Source: Halobacteriales archaeon
GTDB lineage: Archaea; Halobacteriota; Halobacteria; Halobacteriales; Hikarchaeaceae
DNA: 64,000 nt
NCBI GenBank assembly: GCA_034521615.1
Contig: JAXHME010000017.1
Coordinates: forward strand, 6,728 to 70,727
Direction: 5' to 3'
The translations under genes were made by a program, and so were the position numbers. A model generated the notes under the pieces. That model saw nothing but the letters and a program-made list of their open reading frames with translations, made no database searches and was not told where the DNA came from. Positions 1-10,572 of this stretch are shown here, in pieces. How positions within the stretch are numbered: position 1 is the stretch's first letter; each line of letters starts with the position of its first letter.

Positions 1-374
1 CCAGCGCCGACCACCGCGGCGTTGGTGACGGCGAGCGCGAGGGTGTGATACAGCGGGACGTCACCGCCCGCGAGCCACGCGAGGACGCCCAGCAGCTCGA
101 ACGAGAGCGGCGGCTTGACCTCCCAGACGTCGACGTAGAGCCGCCCGCCCTCGGCCAGGCGCCAGCCGATGTACTCGAAGATCACGGAATCCTTGAGCGG
201 CGGGTAGGCGCCCGGGCCGACCGGCTCGAGCACGCGCCAGAGCGTGACGAGCTGGATCGCGAGGCCGGCGAGCCCGAGCCACACGTACCAGTGTTCGCGG
301 GCGGCACCGCGGAGGGCGCCCCAGCGGGGGTCGGCGTCGTAGACGGCGGCGAGCGGCCGCGAGGCGGTGCTCAT
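1..374 (-). CDS. Integral membrane protein, N-terminal part (continues past window edge); tentatively GT-C-type glycosyltransferase-like
   Basis: ATG at 372-374 (reverse strand). My translation MSTASRPLAAVYDADPRWG...IFEYIGWRLAEGGRLYVDVWEVKPPLSFELLGVLAWLAGG stays open to position 1, is hydrophobic and has high GC3. Absent from the ORF track because it is truncated. Confidence 0.5.
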   Translation of the reverse strand, partial: MSTASRPLAAVYDADPRWGALRGAAREHWYVWLGLAGLAIQLVTLWRVLEPVGPGAYPPLKDSVIFEYIGWRLAEGGRLYVDVWEVKPPLSFELLGVLAWLAGGDVPLYHTLALAVTNAAVVGA

Positions 375-502
375 GGTGGAGGGCAGTCCGGGTGGAGGGC
401 CGGGTCGCGTCAGCGGGGGGCTGCGGCTGTGGCTACATCGGGGTCTTGAATGGGCCTTCCGCTGGCTCAAATCACCGTTTCACCGTTCCCCGGCCCGCCC
501 AG

Positions 503-1699
503 TCAGGTCACGAGCTGCAGCGCCTCGAGGGCGGCGAAGCTCAGCCCGAACGCGAGGCCGAAGGAGACGACCCACGCGAGGACCGTCCGGCCCATCTTCC
601 CCCGACTGACGCCGCCGGAGCCCGCCGCGTAGCCGCTCCCGACGATGGCCGAGACGATGATCTCGTTGAACGAGACGGGGATGCCGAAGTGGACGGCGGC
701 CTGGGCGATGACGAACGACGGGATCAGCGCGGCGATCGACCGGCGCGGGCCCAGCGAGGAGTAGTCCTGGGCGAGCGCCTTGATCATCCGCGGCGCGCCG
801 GTCCAGGAGCCGATCAGGAGCCCGAGCCCGCCGCCGAAGAGGACGAGGGTCGTCGAGAGCCCCAGCTGGAGCTCGCCCAGCACGGGCAGGAGCGGGCCGA
901 TGGCCAGCCCGACCTGACTCCCGCCGGCGGAGAACGCGACCAGGCCGCCCAGCCCGAGCAGGAACCGCCGCTGGGCGGCCGCCGCGTCGCGCGACGCGTC
1001 CCAGTAGAGCAGGCCCGCGAGCGTGGCGGCCACCGCGACCGAGATCCCGACGCCGGCGACGTCGGCCGGGACGCCGGCGAGGTCGGCGATCGCCCGGCCC
1101 CCGGCGACCGCGACCGACGCCGCCGTGCCATCGGGGCCGAGCAGGGCGAACCCGACGTTCGCGAGCACGAGCCCAACGAACGCGCCGAGCAGTGGCACGA
1201 GCCGCCGTTCGGCGGTCCGTTCGGAGCGAAGCAGGCGGGCGATACCGTAGGCCGCCCCGCCGCCGACGAAGGGCGTCGCGACCCAGAGCGCGCCGATCTC
1301 GACGTACTTCGCCCAGGCCGGCCCCGCCCCGACGGCCAACCCGACACCGATCATCGCCCCGGTGACGGTGAAGGCGGTCGCGATGGGGTAGCCGATACCG
1401 ACGCCGACGGCCACGAGCGTCCCGGCGACGAGGAGGCCGATGGTCGCGGCCGCCGGCGAGATGGCCACGCCCGTCGTCAGCTCCCGGCCCACGGCCTCGG
1501 AGACGTTCGCGCCCTGGAGCGTCGCCCCGGCGAGCCCGAGCAGCCCGACGACGAAGCCGGCCCGGAGCACCGAGATGGCGTTCGCGCCGACGGCCGGGGC
1601 GAAGGGGGTCGAGCCGGAGGAGCCCGCCCCGATCGACCAGGCCATGAAGAGGCTCGCGCCGCCCGCGATCAGCAGCGTCAGGGCGGTGCCGATGGCCAT
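503..1699 (-). CDS. Inorganic phosphate transporter, PiT (PHO4) family-like polytopic membrane protein
   Basis: 398-aa ORF rich in Gly/Ala transmembrane segments with an internally duplicated pattern (WSIGAGSSGSTPFAPAVGA... and FSAGGSQVGLAIGPL...) resembling the paired PiT signature regions. Confidence 0.6.
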   Translation of the reverse strand: MAIGTALTLLIAGGASLFMAWSIGAGSSGSTPFAPAVGANAISVLRAGFVVGLLGLAGATLQGANVSEAVGRELTTGVAISPAAATIGLLVAGTLVAVGVGIGYPIATAFTVTGAMIGVGLAVGAGPAWAKYVEIGALWVATPFVGGGAAYGIARLLRSERTAERRLVPLLGAFVGLVLANVGFALLGPDGTAASVAVAGGRAIADLAGVPADVAGVGISVAVAATLAGLLYWDASRDAAAAQRRFLLGLGGLVAFSAGGSQVGLAIGPLLPVLGELQLGLSTTLVLFGGGLGLLIGSWTGAPRMIKALAQDYSSLGPRRSIAALIPSFVIAQAAVHFGIPVSFNEIIVSAIVGSGYAAGSGGVSRGKMGRTVLAWVVSFGLAFGLSFAALEALQLVT

Positions 1700-1840
1700 C
1701 GTTCACTGGTGCACACGGGTGGCGGTTTTTAGGGGTGCCGATGCCGGCCGATAGGCGGTCCATCGCCGAGGCTCCGTGAAACGACGGTCGAGCCCGAGCT
1801 GGCGGGCCCGAGCGGAAGTACAGCGGGGAGTCTGCCGAGC

Positions 1841-3310
1841 CTACCCGAACATCTGGCGCATCATGGGATGCATGTCCATGAGCTGCTCCTCGGCGATCTC
1901 CTCGTAGATCTTGTAGGTGATGGAGACCGTCAGCAGCAGCCCCGTGCCGGAGACGCCGCCGATGGTGCCGAGCATGTTCGCGAGCACGGCGAGCAGGCCG
2001 ACGAGCGCCCCGCCGATGACCGTCACCGCGGGGATGTACCGCTCCATGACCTTCTCCATGACGCCGGGGTTCCGCCGGAAGCCCGGGATCTGCATCCCGG
2101 AGTTCTGGATCTGTCGGGCGGTGGCCTCCGGGCCCATGCCCGTGGTCTCGACCCAGAAGATCGCGAAGATCGCGCCGCCGATGACCATGAACGTCAGGTC
2201 GACGCCGACGCGGACGAGGATCTCCCAGGGTTCGGACCCGGTCGTCGCGAGCCACCACATCCAGTCGTTCGTGCTCCGGATGGGGTTGGTGTAGTAGAAT
2301 AACCCGCTCACCGGCTGGCCGTTGGAGTACGTCCCCAGCCAGGCGGGCATGCTCTGGAGCTGGGCGTTCAGGATCCGCCCGAGGAACTGCAGGTTCGCCT
2401 GCAGCGCCCGGACGAGGATCATCGGCAGGACGCTGGCGTAGATGAGCTTCACCGGGAACCGGCCCCGGGCGCCCTTCACGCGGGCGTGGCTGAGCGGGAT
2501 CTCGACCCGCACGGACTCCGCGTAGACGACGACCGCGAAGATGAGGACCGTCGTGAAGACGGCCAGGATGCCGGCCTCCTGGGCGCCGGAGCCGAAGACC
2601 AGCACCTCGAGGCCGCCCTGGAACAGCGGCGGCAGCGAGCCGGGGTTGAGCGCCAGGCCGACCCACCGCGGGATGAGCCCGGCCGCCTGCGGCCCGGGGC
2701 CCCACGAGATCAGCCCGCCGACGAGGCGCTGGCTGACCCCCGCGATGATGAACAGCCCGATCCCGGAGCCGACGCCCCACTTCGAGACGATCTCGTCGAG
2801 GTAGAGGATGAGGATGCCCCCGACGAAGATCTGGGCGAACAGCAGCCACTGGACGCCGGTCGTGCCGATACCCAGGCTCGCGCCGAGGTTCGGATCGGCC
2901 GGCAGGAAGCCGCCGGCGAACACCATCGGCAGCCCCGTCAGCACGACCATCACGACCACCAGCACCTTCTGGAGGCCCTGGTAGAGCACCTGGTCGCGGG
3001 GCTCGGAGGTGTCGAGGCCGAGCAGGTCGGCGCCGCCGAGCAGCTGGAGCACGATCGAGGCCGTGACGATCGGGCCGATGCCCAGCTGGAGCACCGAGCC
3101 CTGCGCGCCGGCCAGGATCGAGCGGAACTGCCCGAAGATGTCCTGGGCGTTCCCGCCCAGCCCGTAGAGCGTGACGTTCGTCAGGAAGAAGTAGATGACC
3201 AGGACGCCGGCCGTCCAGGTGAGCTTCCGCTTGAACGGCACGTGCCCCTCCGGGCGCGACACGGTGGGCATCCGGGTGAGCAGCGGTTCCGACGCTTCCT
3301 TCCAGCCCAT
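1841..3310 (-). CDS. secY: Preprotein translocase subunit SecY
   Basis: 489 aa, MGWKEASEPLLTRMPTVSRPEGHVPFKRKLTWTAGVLVIYFFL..., 10-TM pattern, directly downstream of uL15 as in archaeal spc operons. Confidence 0.97.
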   Translation of the reverse strand: MGWKEASEPLLTRMPTVSRPEGHVPFKRKLTWTAGVLVIYFFLTNVTLYGLGGNAQDIFGQFRSILAGAQGSVLQLGIGPIVTASIVLQLLGGADLLGLDTSEPRDQVLYQGLQKVLVVVMVVLTGLPMVFAGGFLPADPNLGASLGIGTTGVQWLLFAQIFVGGILILYLDEIVSKWGVGSGIGLFIIAGVSQRLVGGLISWGPGPQAAGLIPRWVGLALNPGSLPPLFQGGLEVLVFGSGAQEAGILAVFTTVLIFAVVVYAESVRVEIPLSHARVKGARGRFPVKLIYASVLPMILVRALQANLQFLGRILNAQLQSMPAWLGTYSNGQPVSGLFYYTNPIRSTNDWMWWLATTGSEPWEILVRVGVDLTFMVIGGAIFAIFWVETTGMGPEATARQIQNSGMQIPGFRRNPGVMEKVMERYIPAVTVIGGALVGLLAVLANMLGTIGGVSGTGLLLTVSITYKIYEEIAEEQLMDMHPMMRQMFG

Positions 3311-3316
3311 CGGTGG

Positions 3317-3811
3317 TCAGTCCTCGGTCGGCGCTTCGTCGTCCTCGGCGTCCGCCTCGGCGGCCGCCTGCCCGCGCTCGGAGAGCGCGGTCGAGCCGCC
3401 GGCGGCCTCGATGCGCTCGGTCGCGGTGTCGGAGAAGGCGTCGGCGGTGACCTCGAGGGCCCGCCGGGCCTGGCCGGAGCCGAGCACCTTGACGACGTCG
3501 GCGTCGTGGCCGCCGTCGACGACGTCCCGGGCGTCGACCCGGTAGCCGTCGGCGGTCTCCTCGGCGAGCCCGGCCTCGGCCAGCTCGGGCGCGCGCTCGT
3601 CGAGCGTCCGGAGGTCGATCTCGGCGACCTCGCGCTCGACCGCCGAGGGCCGCTTGAAGCCGTGCTTGCCGAGGGGCTCCTGGCCGTGGATCTGGTGCTT
3701 CGAGCGCCCGGCGTTGCCGCGACCGCCGCGGTTGCCGGCGCCGCGTCGGTTCTTGTGCGTCCCGCCGCCGTGGGTTCGCGATCCGCGTGCGCGTCGTTTC
3801 TTGTCGGTCAT
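3317..3811 (-). CDS. rpl15: 50S ribosomal protein uL15
   Basis: Internal ATG (3809-3811) of track ORF 3317..4033. MTDKKRRARGSRTHGGGTHKNRRGAGNRGGRGNAGRSKH... The upstream part of the track ORF is Arg-rich out-of-context read-through. Confidence 0.95.
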   Translation of the reverse strand: MTDKKRRARGSRTHGGGTHKNRRGAGNRGGRGNAGRSKHQIHGQEPLGKHGFKRPSAVEREVAEIDLRTLDERAPELAEAGLAEETADGYRVDARDVVDGGHDADVVKVLGSGQARRALEVTADAFSDTATERIEAAGGSTALSERGQAAAEADAEDDEAPTED

Positions 3812-3813
3812 GG

Positions 3814-4278
3814 TTATCGCATCGCCGTCAGCAGGTCGTCGATCCCGTCGGTGTCGTGCCGGCCCAGCTCGCCGCCCTCCGGGACGGCGTGCTTGATGCC
3901 GTCGTGGCCGCCGCGTGGCGGGTGCAGCCGGAGCACGGGCGAGAGGCCCTGGGCCGTGAGCGTGGTCTCCTCGGCCAGCAGCGCGGCCGCGAGCGCCTCG
4001 ACGTCGTCGTAGTCGGTGTGCTCGGCGACCCACTCGTCGTCGATGGTCTCCGAGCCCTCGTCGGGCTCGGCGCGCCGCCGGATGAGCATCGCGAGGGTCT
4101 CCTCGGTCGGCTCGCCGAACGCCACGACGTCGTTGACCTTCGTCAGCATGCCCCGGTAGGTCTCGGACTCGGGCACGAGCGTGCAGTGGTTCACGCGGTG
4201 GAGGTTGAGCTGGCCGAGCGTGGCCCGGATGTCGTCGCGGACGTTGACCTCGCCGCGGAGCTGGACGACCGCCTGCAT
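3814..4278 (-). CDS. rpl30: 50S ribosomal protein uL30
   Basis: [37 protein letters not shown]..., 154 aa. The ATG at 4276-4278 overlaps the uS5 stop. Confidence 0.95.
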   Translation of the reverse strand: MQAVVQLRGEVNVRDDIRATLGQLNLHRVNHCTLVPESETYRGMLTKVNDVVAFGEPTEETLAMLIRRRAEPDEGSETIDDEWVAEHTDYDDVEALAAALLAEETTLTAQGLSPVLRLHPPRGGHDGIKHAVPEGGELGRHDTDGIDDLLTAMR

Positions 4279-4964
4279 CAGGAGCTCACCTCGGCGGCGT
4301 CCTCGAGCGCCTCGGGGTCCCGGTCGGGACCGGCGTCGGCGTCCGCGTCGCGCCGCCGGTGGGCGCCGCGCGCGGTCGAGGCGTTCCGGAGCGCGTTGTA
4401 CGTCGCCTTCGCGAGGTTCATCGTCGTCCGGGTGTTCCCGTGGCTCTTCGTCCACGCGTCCTCGATGCCGGCGAGCTCGAGGATGTGCCGGACGTGCTCG
4501 GCGGCCGCGAGCCCGAGCCCGCTCGGCGCGGGGATGAGCTCGACGGTGACGCTGCCGGCCTTGCCGGTCGTCCGCCGGGTCAGCGAGTGGGGCGCGTCCG
4601 AGCGGTCCTCCCAGGAGCCCGAGCCGCGCGGGACCTGGATGAGGTTCAGCTTGGCCACCTCGATCGCCTTCTGGATGGCGGCGCCGACCTGGTCCTCGCG
4701 GCCCTCGGCGTAGCCCACGAAGCCGTCGCGGTTGCCGATGGCCACGCAGCACCGGAACTTCACCCGGCGCCCGGAGTCGGTCATGCGCTGGACCATGTTG
4801 ATGTCCAGGACCTCGTCCTCGAGGCCCGGGAGCAGGTGGTCGACGATCTCCGGCTCCTTCAGCTGGAGCCCGGAGTTCAGCGCCGCCTCCATGGTCGTGA
4901 TCTCCTCGTCCTGTACCTTCCGTCCGAGCCGGGTCTTTGGCTCCCAGCCGCGCGAATCGCTCAT
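4278..4964 (-). CDS. rps5: 30S ribosomal protein uS5
   Basis: 228 aa, ...[36 protein letters not shown]...; position in the cluster. Confidence 0.96.
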   Translation of the reverse strand: MSDSRGWEPKTRLGRKVQDEEITTMEAALNSGLQLKEPEIVDHLLPGLEDEVLDINMVQRMTDSGRRVKFRCCVAIGNRDGFVGYAEGREDQVGAAIQKAIEVAKLNLIQVPRGSGSWEDRSDAPHSLTRRTTGKAGSVTVELIPAPSGLGLAAAEHVRHILELAGIEDAWTKSHGNTRTTMNLAKATYNALRNASTARGAHRRRDADADAGPDRDPEALEDAAEVSS

Positions 4965-5515
4965 GTGTCAGCCTCCAGTGCGTCGCGGATCTCGTCGAAG
5001 TGGCCGGGCAGCGCCGTGGCGTCGAACTCGCCGCTGTACAGCGGCTCGTCGCGGTCCTCGGCGTAGGCGGCGATGTGCTCGCCGCGGGTGCGCTCCCAGT
5101 CCGGGAAGACGCGCTCGTTGTGCGGGCTGTCGAGGCCCGCGTCGATCGCGCCCTGCTGGACCGCGAACACCTTCGCGCCCGGCGTCGCCGTGTTCAGGCC
5201 GATGTCGAGCACCGCGGTCTCGACGTCGGCCGCGACGGCACGCCGGCCGGCCAGGTAGCCGGTCAGGTACGCCGCCGGGAGGTTCCCCGTCGGGGCCTCC
5301 CAGCCGTAGTCGGCGAGCTCGCCGGAGTGGGCGCTCGCCAGCGTCCGGTCGCCGTCATCGCCCAGCGCCACGATCTGGGCGCGGGCGTGCTTGTTGCTGA
5401 TGCGGGCGACCAGGCGGGGCTCGCCCGACTTGAGCAGGCGGAGCCGCTGGTGGTAGTTCGTGACGCCCTCGCGCCGGCGGCGCATCGGGACGTTGTAGCG
5501 CGGGCCGGTCGCCAT
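4961..5515 (-). CDS. rpl18: 50S ribosomal protein uL18
   Basis: [43 protein letters not shown]...; 4-nt overlap with uS5. Confidence 0.96.
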   Translation of the reverse strand: MATGPRYNVPMRRRREGVTNYHQRLRLLKSGEPRLVARISNKHARAQIVALGDDGDRTLASAHSGELADYGWEAPTGNLPAAYLTGYLAGRRAVAADVETAVLDIGLNTATPGAKVFAVQQGAIDAGLDSPHNERVFPDWERTRGEHIAAYAEDRDEPLYSGEFDATALPGHFDEIRDALEADT

Positions 5516-5967
5516 CAGGCGTCACCTCCGTACTGCTGGTCGATGTAGTTGTGCAGGTAGCGCACGCTCCGGAACTCGCCGCCCGAGGCCTTCGCGTAGA
5601 GCTCGCGGTACTGCGTCGGCGTGATCTCGCCGCCGTCACGCAGCTCGCGCAGCTCGCGGCGCTGGGCGCGGATGTCGTCGGTCCACCGGGACTTCGAGTC
5701 CTCGCGGGCGCCGGCCCGGCCCTTCCGGGAGCCGGGGCCCTTGCGGTGGCCGTAGGCGCGCTTGTCGTTCCGCCTGCGCGAGCGGCCCCGCGAGTTGCCG
5801 CGGGCCGCCTTCGCCTGCACCGAGCCGTCGTTCACGAGGGCCCGGATGTCCTCACGGGTGATGGCCTCGGCGATGTCCGACTGGGCGTCCGGGTCGAACC
5901 AGACGCGGTTCCGGCCGACGTCGAGGACGTCGGCGGCCAGCCGTCGCTGGGCCTTGAGGTCGCTCAT
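5515..5967 (-). CDS. rpl19e: 50S ribosomal protein eL19
   Basis: [45 protein letters not shown]..., 150 aa. Confidence 0.96.
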   Translation of the reverse strand: MSDLKAQRRLAADVLDVGRNRVWFDPDAQSDIAEAITREDIRALVNDGSVQAKAARGNSRGRSRRRNDKRAYGHRKGPGSRKGRAGAREDSKSRWTDDIRAQRRELRELRDGGEITPTQYRELYAKASGGEFRSVRYLHNYIDQQYGGDA

Positions 5968-6680
5968 TCGACCTCCACCTCCTCGTAGGTCGGGTTGAGC
6001 ACGCGGAGCTCCTCGTCGGCCGCGCGGTCCTCGATGCGCTCGCGCTTCCGGCCGCCGACGGCCGACGCGATGCGGACGGCCTGGCGGTCGGCGTCGAGCC
6101 CGTCGAGGTCCGCGGGCCGGTGGACGAGGACCTCCTCGAAGCCGCTGGGGTGGCGGCCCCGGACGGCCGCGGGCGAGCGGAAGCCCGACTTGACATGCTG
6201 GCCCTTGCCCTTCTGGTGCTTGCGCTGCTTCGAGTGGCTGCCGCGCGGGCGGCGCCAGCTCGAGGGCACGCGCTTTTTCTTGTGGTAGTCCTGCCGGTTG
6301 AACTGCGGCTTGCCGGCGGCGGCCTTCGCGCCGAGCAGCCGCACCTCCTCCTCGGAGAGCTCGGGCCGCTTGTCGGCGTGGCCGCGCGGCCGGAGCTCGG
6401 TCTCGACCGGCTCGTCCTCGTCGGCCTCCTCGGCCTCGGGCTCGTCCGGCTCCTCCTCCTCGACGGCGGCCTCGGCCTCCTCGGCGACCTCGAGGCCGCC
6501 GACGTCCGCCTTGATGCGCGCGGCGAGGGCGTTGCCGATGCCCTCGGCGCCGGCGAGCTCCTCCTGGGAGGCCGCCATCACGGCCTCCACCGTCTCGAAG
6601 CCCGCCTCGCGCAGCGCGTCCGCCTTCGCCGGGCCGACGCCCGAGATGTCCGTCAGTTCCGTGGGTTCGTCGTCAGCCAT
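5964..6680 (-). CDS. rpl32e: 50S ribosomal protein eL32 with the haloarchaeal N-terminal helix-hairpin-helix/acidic extension
   Basis: Internal ATG 6678-6680. [32 protein letters not shown]... then ...[30 protein letters not shown]... Confidence 0.93.
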   Translation of the reverse strand: MADDEPTELTDISGVGPAKADALREAGFETVEAVMAASQEELAGAEGIGNALAARIKADVGGLEVAEEAEAAVEEEEPDEPEAEEADEDEPVETELRPRGHADKRPELSEEEVRLLGAKAAAGKPQFNRQDYHKKKRVPSSWRRPRGSHSKQRKHQKGKGQHVKSGFRSPAAVRGRHPSGFEEVLVHRPADLDGLDADRQAVRIASAVGGRKRERIEDRAADEELRVLNPTYEEVEVE

Positions 6681-6681
6681 C

Positions 6682-7218
6682 TCAGACCTCCTGCTTGCCC
6701 GGCTTGCGGGTGATGTACACGCCGTCCTGGAAGACGCGCGTGTCCTTGTCGTTGATTCTCGTGAGCTGTTCGATGTCCGCGGCGGTCTGCCCGACGGCCT
6801 CCTTGTCGGGGCCCGTGAGCCGGATCGACTCGCCGTCGACCTCGACCTCGGTGGCCCCGTGGACGGTCGTCCGGCGGGGGGCGCGCTCGCCCAGGAAGTT
6901 CTCGATGACGACCGTGTCGTCCTCGACACGGACCTGCATCGGGAAGTGGGCGTAGAGGACCTGCATCTCGTAGGCCCAGCCCTCGGTGACGCCGTGGAAC
7001 ATGTTCTCGACGTGGCTCTCGAAGGTCCCCATCGTCGCGGCGGTCCGCTTGTCGCCCTCCTCGGACTCGATGACGACGGTGTCGCCCTCGACCGAGACGG
7101 TGACGTTCGGGTACCACAGCTGTTTGGTGACGCTGCCCTCGGGCCCGGAGACGGTGAGCTCCAGCCCCTCGAAGGAGGCGTCGACGTCCGCTGGGGTTTC
7201 GAGTTCGGTTCGTGGCAT
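6682..7218 (-). CDS. rpl6: 50S ribosomal protein uL6
   Basis: Internal ATG 7216-7218. [46 protein letters not shown]..., 178 aa. Confidence 0.95.
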   Translation of the reverse strand: MPRTELETPADVDASFEGLELTVSGPEGSVTKQLWYPNVTVSVEGDTVVIESEEGDKRTAATMGTFESHVENMFHGVTEGWAYEMQVLYAHFPMQVRVEDDTVVIENFLGERAPRRTTVHGATEVEVDGESIRLTGPDKEAVGQTAADIEQLTRINDKDTRVFQDGVYITRKPGKQEV

Positions 7219-7220
7219 GG

Positions 7221-7613
7221 TCAGTACACGTACGCGATCAGTTGGCCGCCGACGCCCTGCGCCCGGGCCTCGTCGTGGGGGAGGACCCCGGCGCTGGTGG
7301 TGAGCACCAGCGAGCCGTAGTTCTGCGCCGGGAGGAATCGCTTCTCCCAGCGCTCGAACTCGTCGGCGCCCACGGCGTACCGGGGCTTGACCGCCCCGCA
7401 CTCGTTGATGGCGCCCTTCAGTTCGACCTCGTACTCGCCCGCCTTTCCGTCCTCGACGTACTCGAACCCGTCGATGTAGCCGCGGTCGGTGAAGACGTTC
7501 AGGACGTTCCCGATGAGGTTGGAGGCCGGTCGGATCGTGTGTCGGAGGTGACCGACGCTCTCGGCGTTGTTCACGCCGGAGAGAGCGTCGCTCAGGGTAT
7601 CGTTTCCGGTCAT
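7221..7613 (-). CDS. rps8: 30S ribosomal protein uS8
   Basis: Internal ATG 7611-7613. MTGNDTLSDALSGVNNAESVGHLRHTIRPASNLIGNVLNVF..., 130 aa. Confidence 0.95.
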   Translation of the reverse strand: MTGNDTLSDALSGVNNAESVGHLRHTIRPASNLIGNVLNVFTDRGYIDGFEYVEDGKAGEYEVELKGAINECGAVKPRYAVGADEFERWEKRFLPAQNYGSLVLTTSAGVLPHDEARAQGVGGQLIAYVY

Positions 7614-7615
7614 CG

Positions 7616-7789
7616 TCAGCTGTATTTCTTGAAGCCCATGTCGCGGGCAATCTCGCGGAAGCACTGGCGACAGAGCCAGATCTTGTACTTGCCGACGAGG
7701 CCCTGGTTGCGGCCGCAGCGCCGGCACTCATGGGTCTGGCCCGTGCGCTCGGCGGCGTCGTCCGCCGCCCCCGCGTCGCTCTCGCTCAT
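7616..7789 (-). CDS. rps14: 30S ribosomal protein uS14 (zinc-binding type)
   Basis: Internal ATG 7787-7789. [57 protein letters not shown], with CxxC...CxxC. Confidence 0.93.
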   Translation of the reverse strand: MSESDAGAADDAAERTGQTHECRRCGRNQGLVGKYKIWLCRQCFREIARDMGFKKYS

Positions 7790-8304
7790 CCGACGGTCAC
7801 CTCGAACTCGCGCTCCAGGTAGTCGATGGCGTCCTGCGGGCTGAGCCGGTGGCCCGACGGGATGGGCCGGGCCTCCCGGTCGCGCTTGGCCACCCGGTAG
7901 CCCGGGCGGACCAGCGCCACCGTGACGTCCAGCCCGTGGATGCCCACGTCGGGGTCGTACTCCTGGCTCGGGAACGCCGTGTGCTCTGGCAGGCCGAACG
8001 AGACGTTGCCGGTCTCGTCGAACTGCGAGCGCTGGAGGTCCGCGAACGGCAGCGCCGTCTCGAGGAACTCCCGCGCGGCGGCGTCCCGGAGCGTGACCTT
8101 GGCCCCGATGGGCTCGCCCTGCCGGATGCCCCACTCGGGGATGGTCTCGGTCGCGGTCGTCCGGACGCTCTCCTGGCCGGTGACGGCCTCGAGGATCGCC
8201 TCGGCGTCCTGGAGCGCGCGGCCGCCCTGGCCGACGCCCATGTGGACGACCACCTTCTCGATGCGCGGGTCGCGCATCGGGTTCGCGGGCTCGGCCTCGC
8301 TCAT
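7786..8304 (-). CDS. rpl5: 50S ribosomal protein uL5
   Basis: 172 aa, [35 protein letters not shown]... Confidence 0.96.
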   Translation of the reverse strand: MSEAEPANPMRDPRIEKVVVHMGVGQGGRALQDAEAILEAVTGQESVRTTATETIPEWGIRQGEPIGAKVTLRDAAAREFLETALPFADLQRSQFDETGNVSFGLPEHTAFPSQEYDPDVGIHGLDVTVALVRPGYRVAKRDREARPIPSGHRLSPQDAIDYLEREFEVTVG

Positions 8305-9005
8305 TCGGCCTCACCCCCGGTGAAGTTCTCGTCGATGACGACCACGTACCCGGCGATGGTCTCGAACCCGCCGTCGTCGGTGTCGACGGTGACGATGTTC
8401 GAGCCCGAGCCGGGCGTGACGTCGATCTCGGCGAGGGTGCCGATCTCGCCGGCGTGCTGGCCGTCGACCGCGGTCACGAGCGCGCCCTCCTCGTAGGGGA
8501 AGTGCGCGACGATCGCCGCGTCGTCGTTCCCGACGACCAGCGAGTCGCCGACGTCGTAGGCCGCGTCGTCCTCGACGAGCAGGGTGCGCCCGTCGTGGAG
8601 GGTCAGCTGGGTCTCGCCGCCGGGCACCTGTCGCTTGCCGGCGATCTTGCCCAGCTTCGAGTCGGCCGCGTCGGCGTCGACCGGCGTCAGCGAGAGCCGG
8701 CCGCCCTCGTCCGGGAACACCCGGTAGTGCTCGCCGCGCTCGGTGAACGCCAGGATGTCGAACATCCCGATGGGCCGGCGGACGTCGCTGACGGCGTCGC
8801 CGTTGACGAGCACCGTGCCCTGGTTGAGCGCGTAGTTGGCCTCGCGCTTCGAGTCGACGTAGCCGAGCACGTCCCGCAGCAGGACGAGCAGCGGCACGCC
8901 GGACTCGCCGTGCGGGCCGGCGCCCGCCTTGACGGTCCAGGTGGCGGTCTTGCGCTCGACCGGCCACGAGTTCGGCACGCTGAGGCGCTTCTGGTGGCGC
9001 GTCAT
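8301..9005 (-). CDS. rps4e: 30S ribosomal protein eS4
   Basis: 234 aa, [49 protein letters not shown]... Confidence 0.96.
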   Translation of the reverse strand: MTRHQKRLSVPNSWPVERKTATWTVKAGAGPHGESGVPLLVLLRDVLGYVDSKREANYALNQGTVLVNGDAVSDVRRPIGMFDILAFTERGEHYRVFPDEGGRLSLTPVDADAADSKLGKIAGKRQVPGGETQLTLHDGRTLLVEDDAAYDVGDSLVVGNDDAAIVAHFPYEEGALVTAVDGQHAGEIGTLAEIDVTPGSGSNIVTVDTDDGGFETIAGYVVVIDENFTGGEAE

Positions 9006-9355
9006 GCCTCGCCCTCCAGCCGGGCCTGCCGGCGGTCGTCGGTGAGGTCCAGGTCGGTGACCCGGAGGTTGCTCGCGTCGAGCGGCCGGGGGACCTCCTC
9101 CCCGTCGGCCTTCTCGACGGTGACGCCTTCGACGGTCACCGTGCCGGCCTTGAGGTCGACGCCGAGGACCTCGCCGGACTCGCCGGCGTAGTCCCCGCGC
9201 AGGACCTCGACCGTGTCGCCCGCGTTCACGCGGACGCTCCGGGTGCCGTACTCCTCGCGCAGGTCCCCGTCGAGCGTCGACCGGATCTGCCGGTGTCGCT
9301 CGTGGAGGGGTGCCTGCGCCGTCTGCTTGCGCTGCTTTCGTGGTTGCCGTGTCAT
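9002..9355 (-). CDS. rpl24: 50S ribosomal protein uL24
   Basis: Internal ATG 9353-9355. [58 protein letters not shown]... Confidence 0.95.
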   Translation of the reverse strand: MTRQPRKQRKQTAQAPLHERHRQIRSTLDGDLREEYGTRSVRVNAGDTVEVLRGDYAGESGEVLGVDLKAGTVTVEGVTVEKADGEEVPRPLDASNLRVTDLDLTDDRRQARLEGEA

Positions 9356-9750
9356 ACTATCATCGTCGCCGTGGAGGCGATGCTCCCGAAGCGTTCGGCC
9401 ACTTCGCGGGCGATGGGGCCCTTGATCTCCGTCCCCCGGGGCTCCTCGGCGTCGTCGACGAGGACGGCCGCGTTGTCCTCGAAGGTGACGCGGGTGCCGT
9501 CGGGGCGCCGGATGGCCTGGCGCTGGCGGATGACGACCGCCTCGAGCACCTGCCGGCGCATCTCGGGCGTGCCCTTCACGACGGAGACGGTGATCTTGTC
9601 GCCGAGCCCGCCCTTGGGCTGGCGGTTCAGCGTGCCGTGGTAGCCGGCGACGCTGAGGAGCTTGAGCTCCCGGGCGCCGGTGTTGTCGGCACAGGTCAGC
9701 CGCGAGCCCTTCACGAGCCCGCGGGTGACGTCGGCGCTGATGGCCTTCAC
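9352..9750 (-). CDS. rpl14: 50S ribosomal protein uL14
   Basis: 132 aa, [37 protein letters not shown]... Confidence 0.97.
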   Translation of the reverse strand: MKAISADVTRGLVKGSRLTCADNTGARELKLLSVAGYHGTLNRQPKGGLGDKITVSVVKGTPEMRRQVLEAVVIRQRQAIRRPDGTRVTFEDNAAVLVDDAEEPRGTEIKGPIAREVAERFGSIASTATMIV

Positions 9751-10079
9751 GCCGGCTCACCCCGCTTGGTCACCGCGACCACGACGTGGGACTTCGTCTT
9801 CGACAGCGGCCGCGTCTCGGCGAGCTGCACCGTGTCGCCCTCCTCGAGCTCGAGGCACGGCGGCGCGTGCGCCGGGACGCGCGAGCGCCGCTTCATGTAG
9901 CGGTCGTACTTCGGCACGAACACGTCGTACTCGCGCTCGACGACCACGGTCCGCTCCATGCGCGTCGAGGCGACCCGACCCTCCAGGCTCTGTCCGCGAA
10001 CGGACAGGGACCCGTGGAACGGGCAGTTCGCGTCCGCACAATCCGTCTCCGGCTCCGGTACGTCTAATCCGAGTGCCAT
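9747..10079 (-). CDS. rps17: 30S ribosomal protein uS17
   Basis: 110 aa, ...[35 protein letters not shown]... Confidence 0.96.
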   Translation of the reverse strand: MALGLDVPEPETDCADANCPFHGSLSVRGQSLEGRVASTRMERTVVVEREYDVFVPKYDRYMKRRSRVPAHAPPCLELEEGDTVQLAETRPLSKTKSHVVVAVTKRGEPA

Positions 10080-10357
10080 ATGCTACCTCCTGCGGTCTGC
10101 GTGCGTCGTGCGGGCCGGGCGACCAGTCGGGCGCCCTCGACCGTGACGCGCTCCCCGTCGGGGAGCTCGAACGCCAGCGTCGCGGCGGCCTTCGGGACCG
10201 TCCGGACCCGGTCGTCGCCCTCGACGCGCAGCGTGTTCGTCGTCTCGCCGACGACCGTGCCGGCGAGCCCGACCAGGTCGGGGTTCGTCGATTCGACGAC
10301 CGAGACCGCGAGGCCGACCAGCTCGTGGCGGACCAGCGACTGGGGCGTGATCGCCAT
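10064..10357 (-). CDS. rnp1: Ribonuclease P protein component 1 (Rpp29/Pop4 homologue)
   Basis: Internal ATG 10355-10357. [47 protein letters not shown]... Sits between uL29 and uS17, the conserved archaeal position. Confidence 0.88.
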   Translation of the reverse strand: MAITPQSLVRHELVGLAVSVVESTNPDLVGLAGTVVGETTNTLRVEGDDRVRTVPKAAATLAFELPDGERVTVEGARLVARPARRTQTAGGSIWHSD

Positions 10358-10572
10358 CAGTCCTCGTCCTCCTCGAGGTCGCCTTCCTCGCGCCGGATCG
10401 TCTTGATGCGGGCGATGGTGCGGCGGACCTCCGAGATGCGACCCGGGTTGTCCGGGGCGCCACCGGCGGCCTGCACGGCCCGCTCGTTGAGCAGCTCGGT
10501 CTCGAGCTCCTCGAGCTCGGCCGACCGCTCGGCCGGCGTCATGTCGCGGATCTCCTCGGGGTGGAGGATCAT
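10357..10572 (-). CDS. rpl29: 50S ribosomal protein uL29
   Basis: 71 aa, [58 protein letters not shown]... Confidence 0.95.
   Translation of the reverse strand: MILHPEEIRDMTPAERSAELEELETELLNERAVQAAGGAPDNPGRISEVRRTIARIKTIRREEGDLEEDED

Noticed and set aside
480-2849. Very long Arg/Pro/Gly-rich ORFs in the track. Examples: 480..2849, 392..1732, the upstream part of 13068..15002, 16777..17724, 17950..19258, 34477..37185, 36861..38471, 44682..47243, 55444..57280, 57204..60017.
   Set aside because: They lie antisense to, or out of frame with, strongly recognisable genes (PiT, SecY, uL23/uL4/uL3, hydrolase, cdc48, larC and others). They also have the RRPG-type composition expected from stop-poor alternative frames in very GC-rich DNA.
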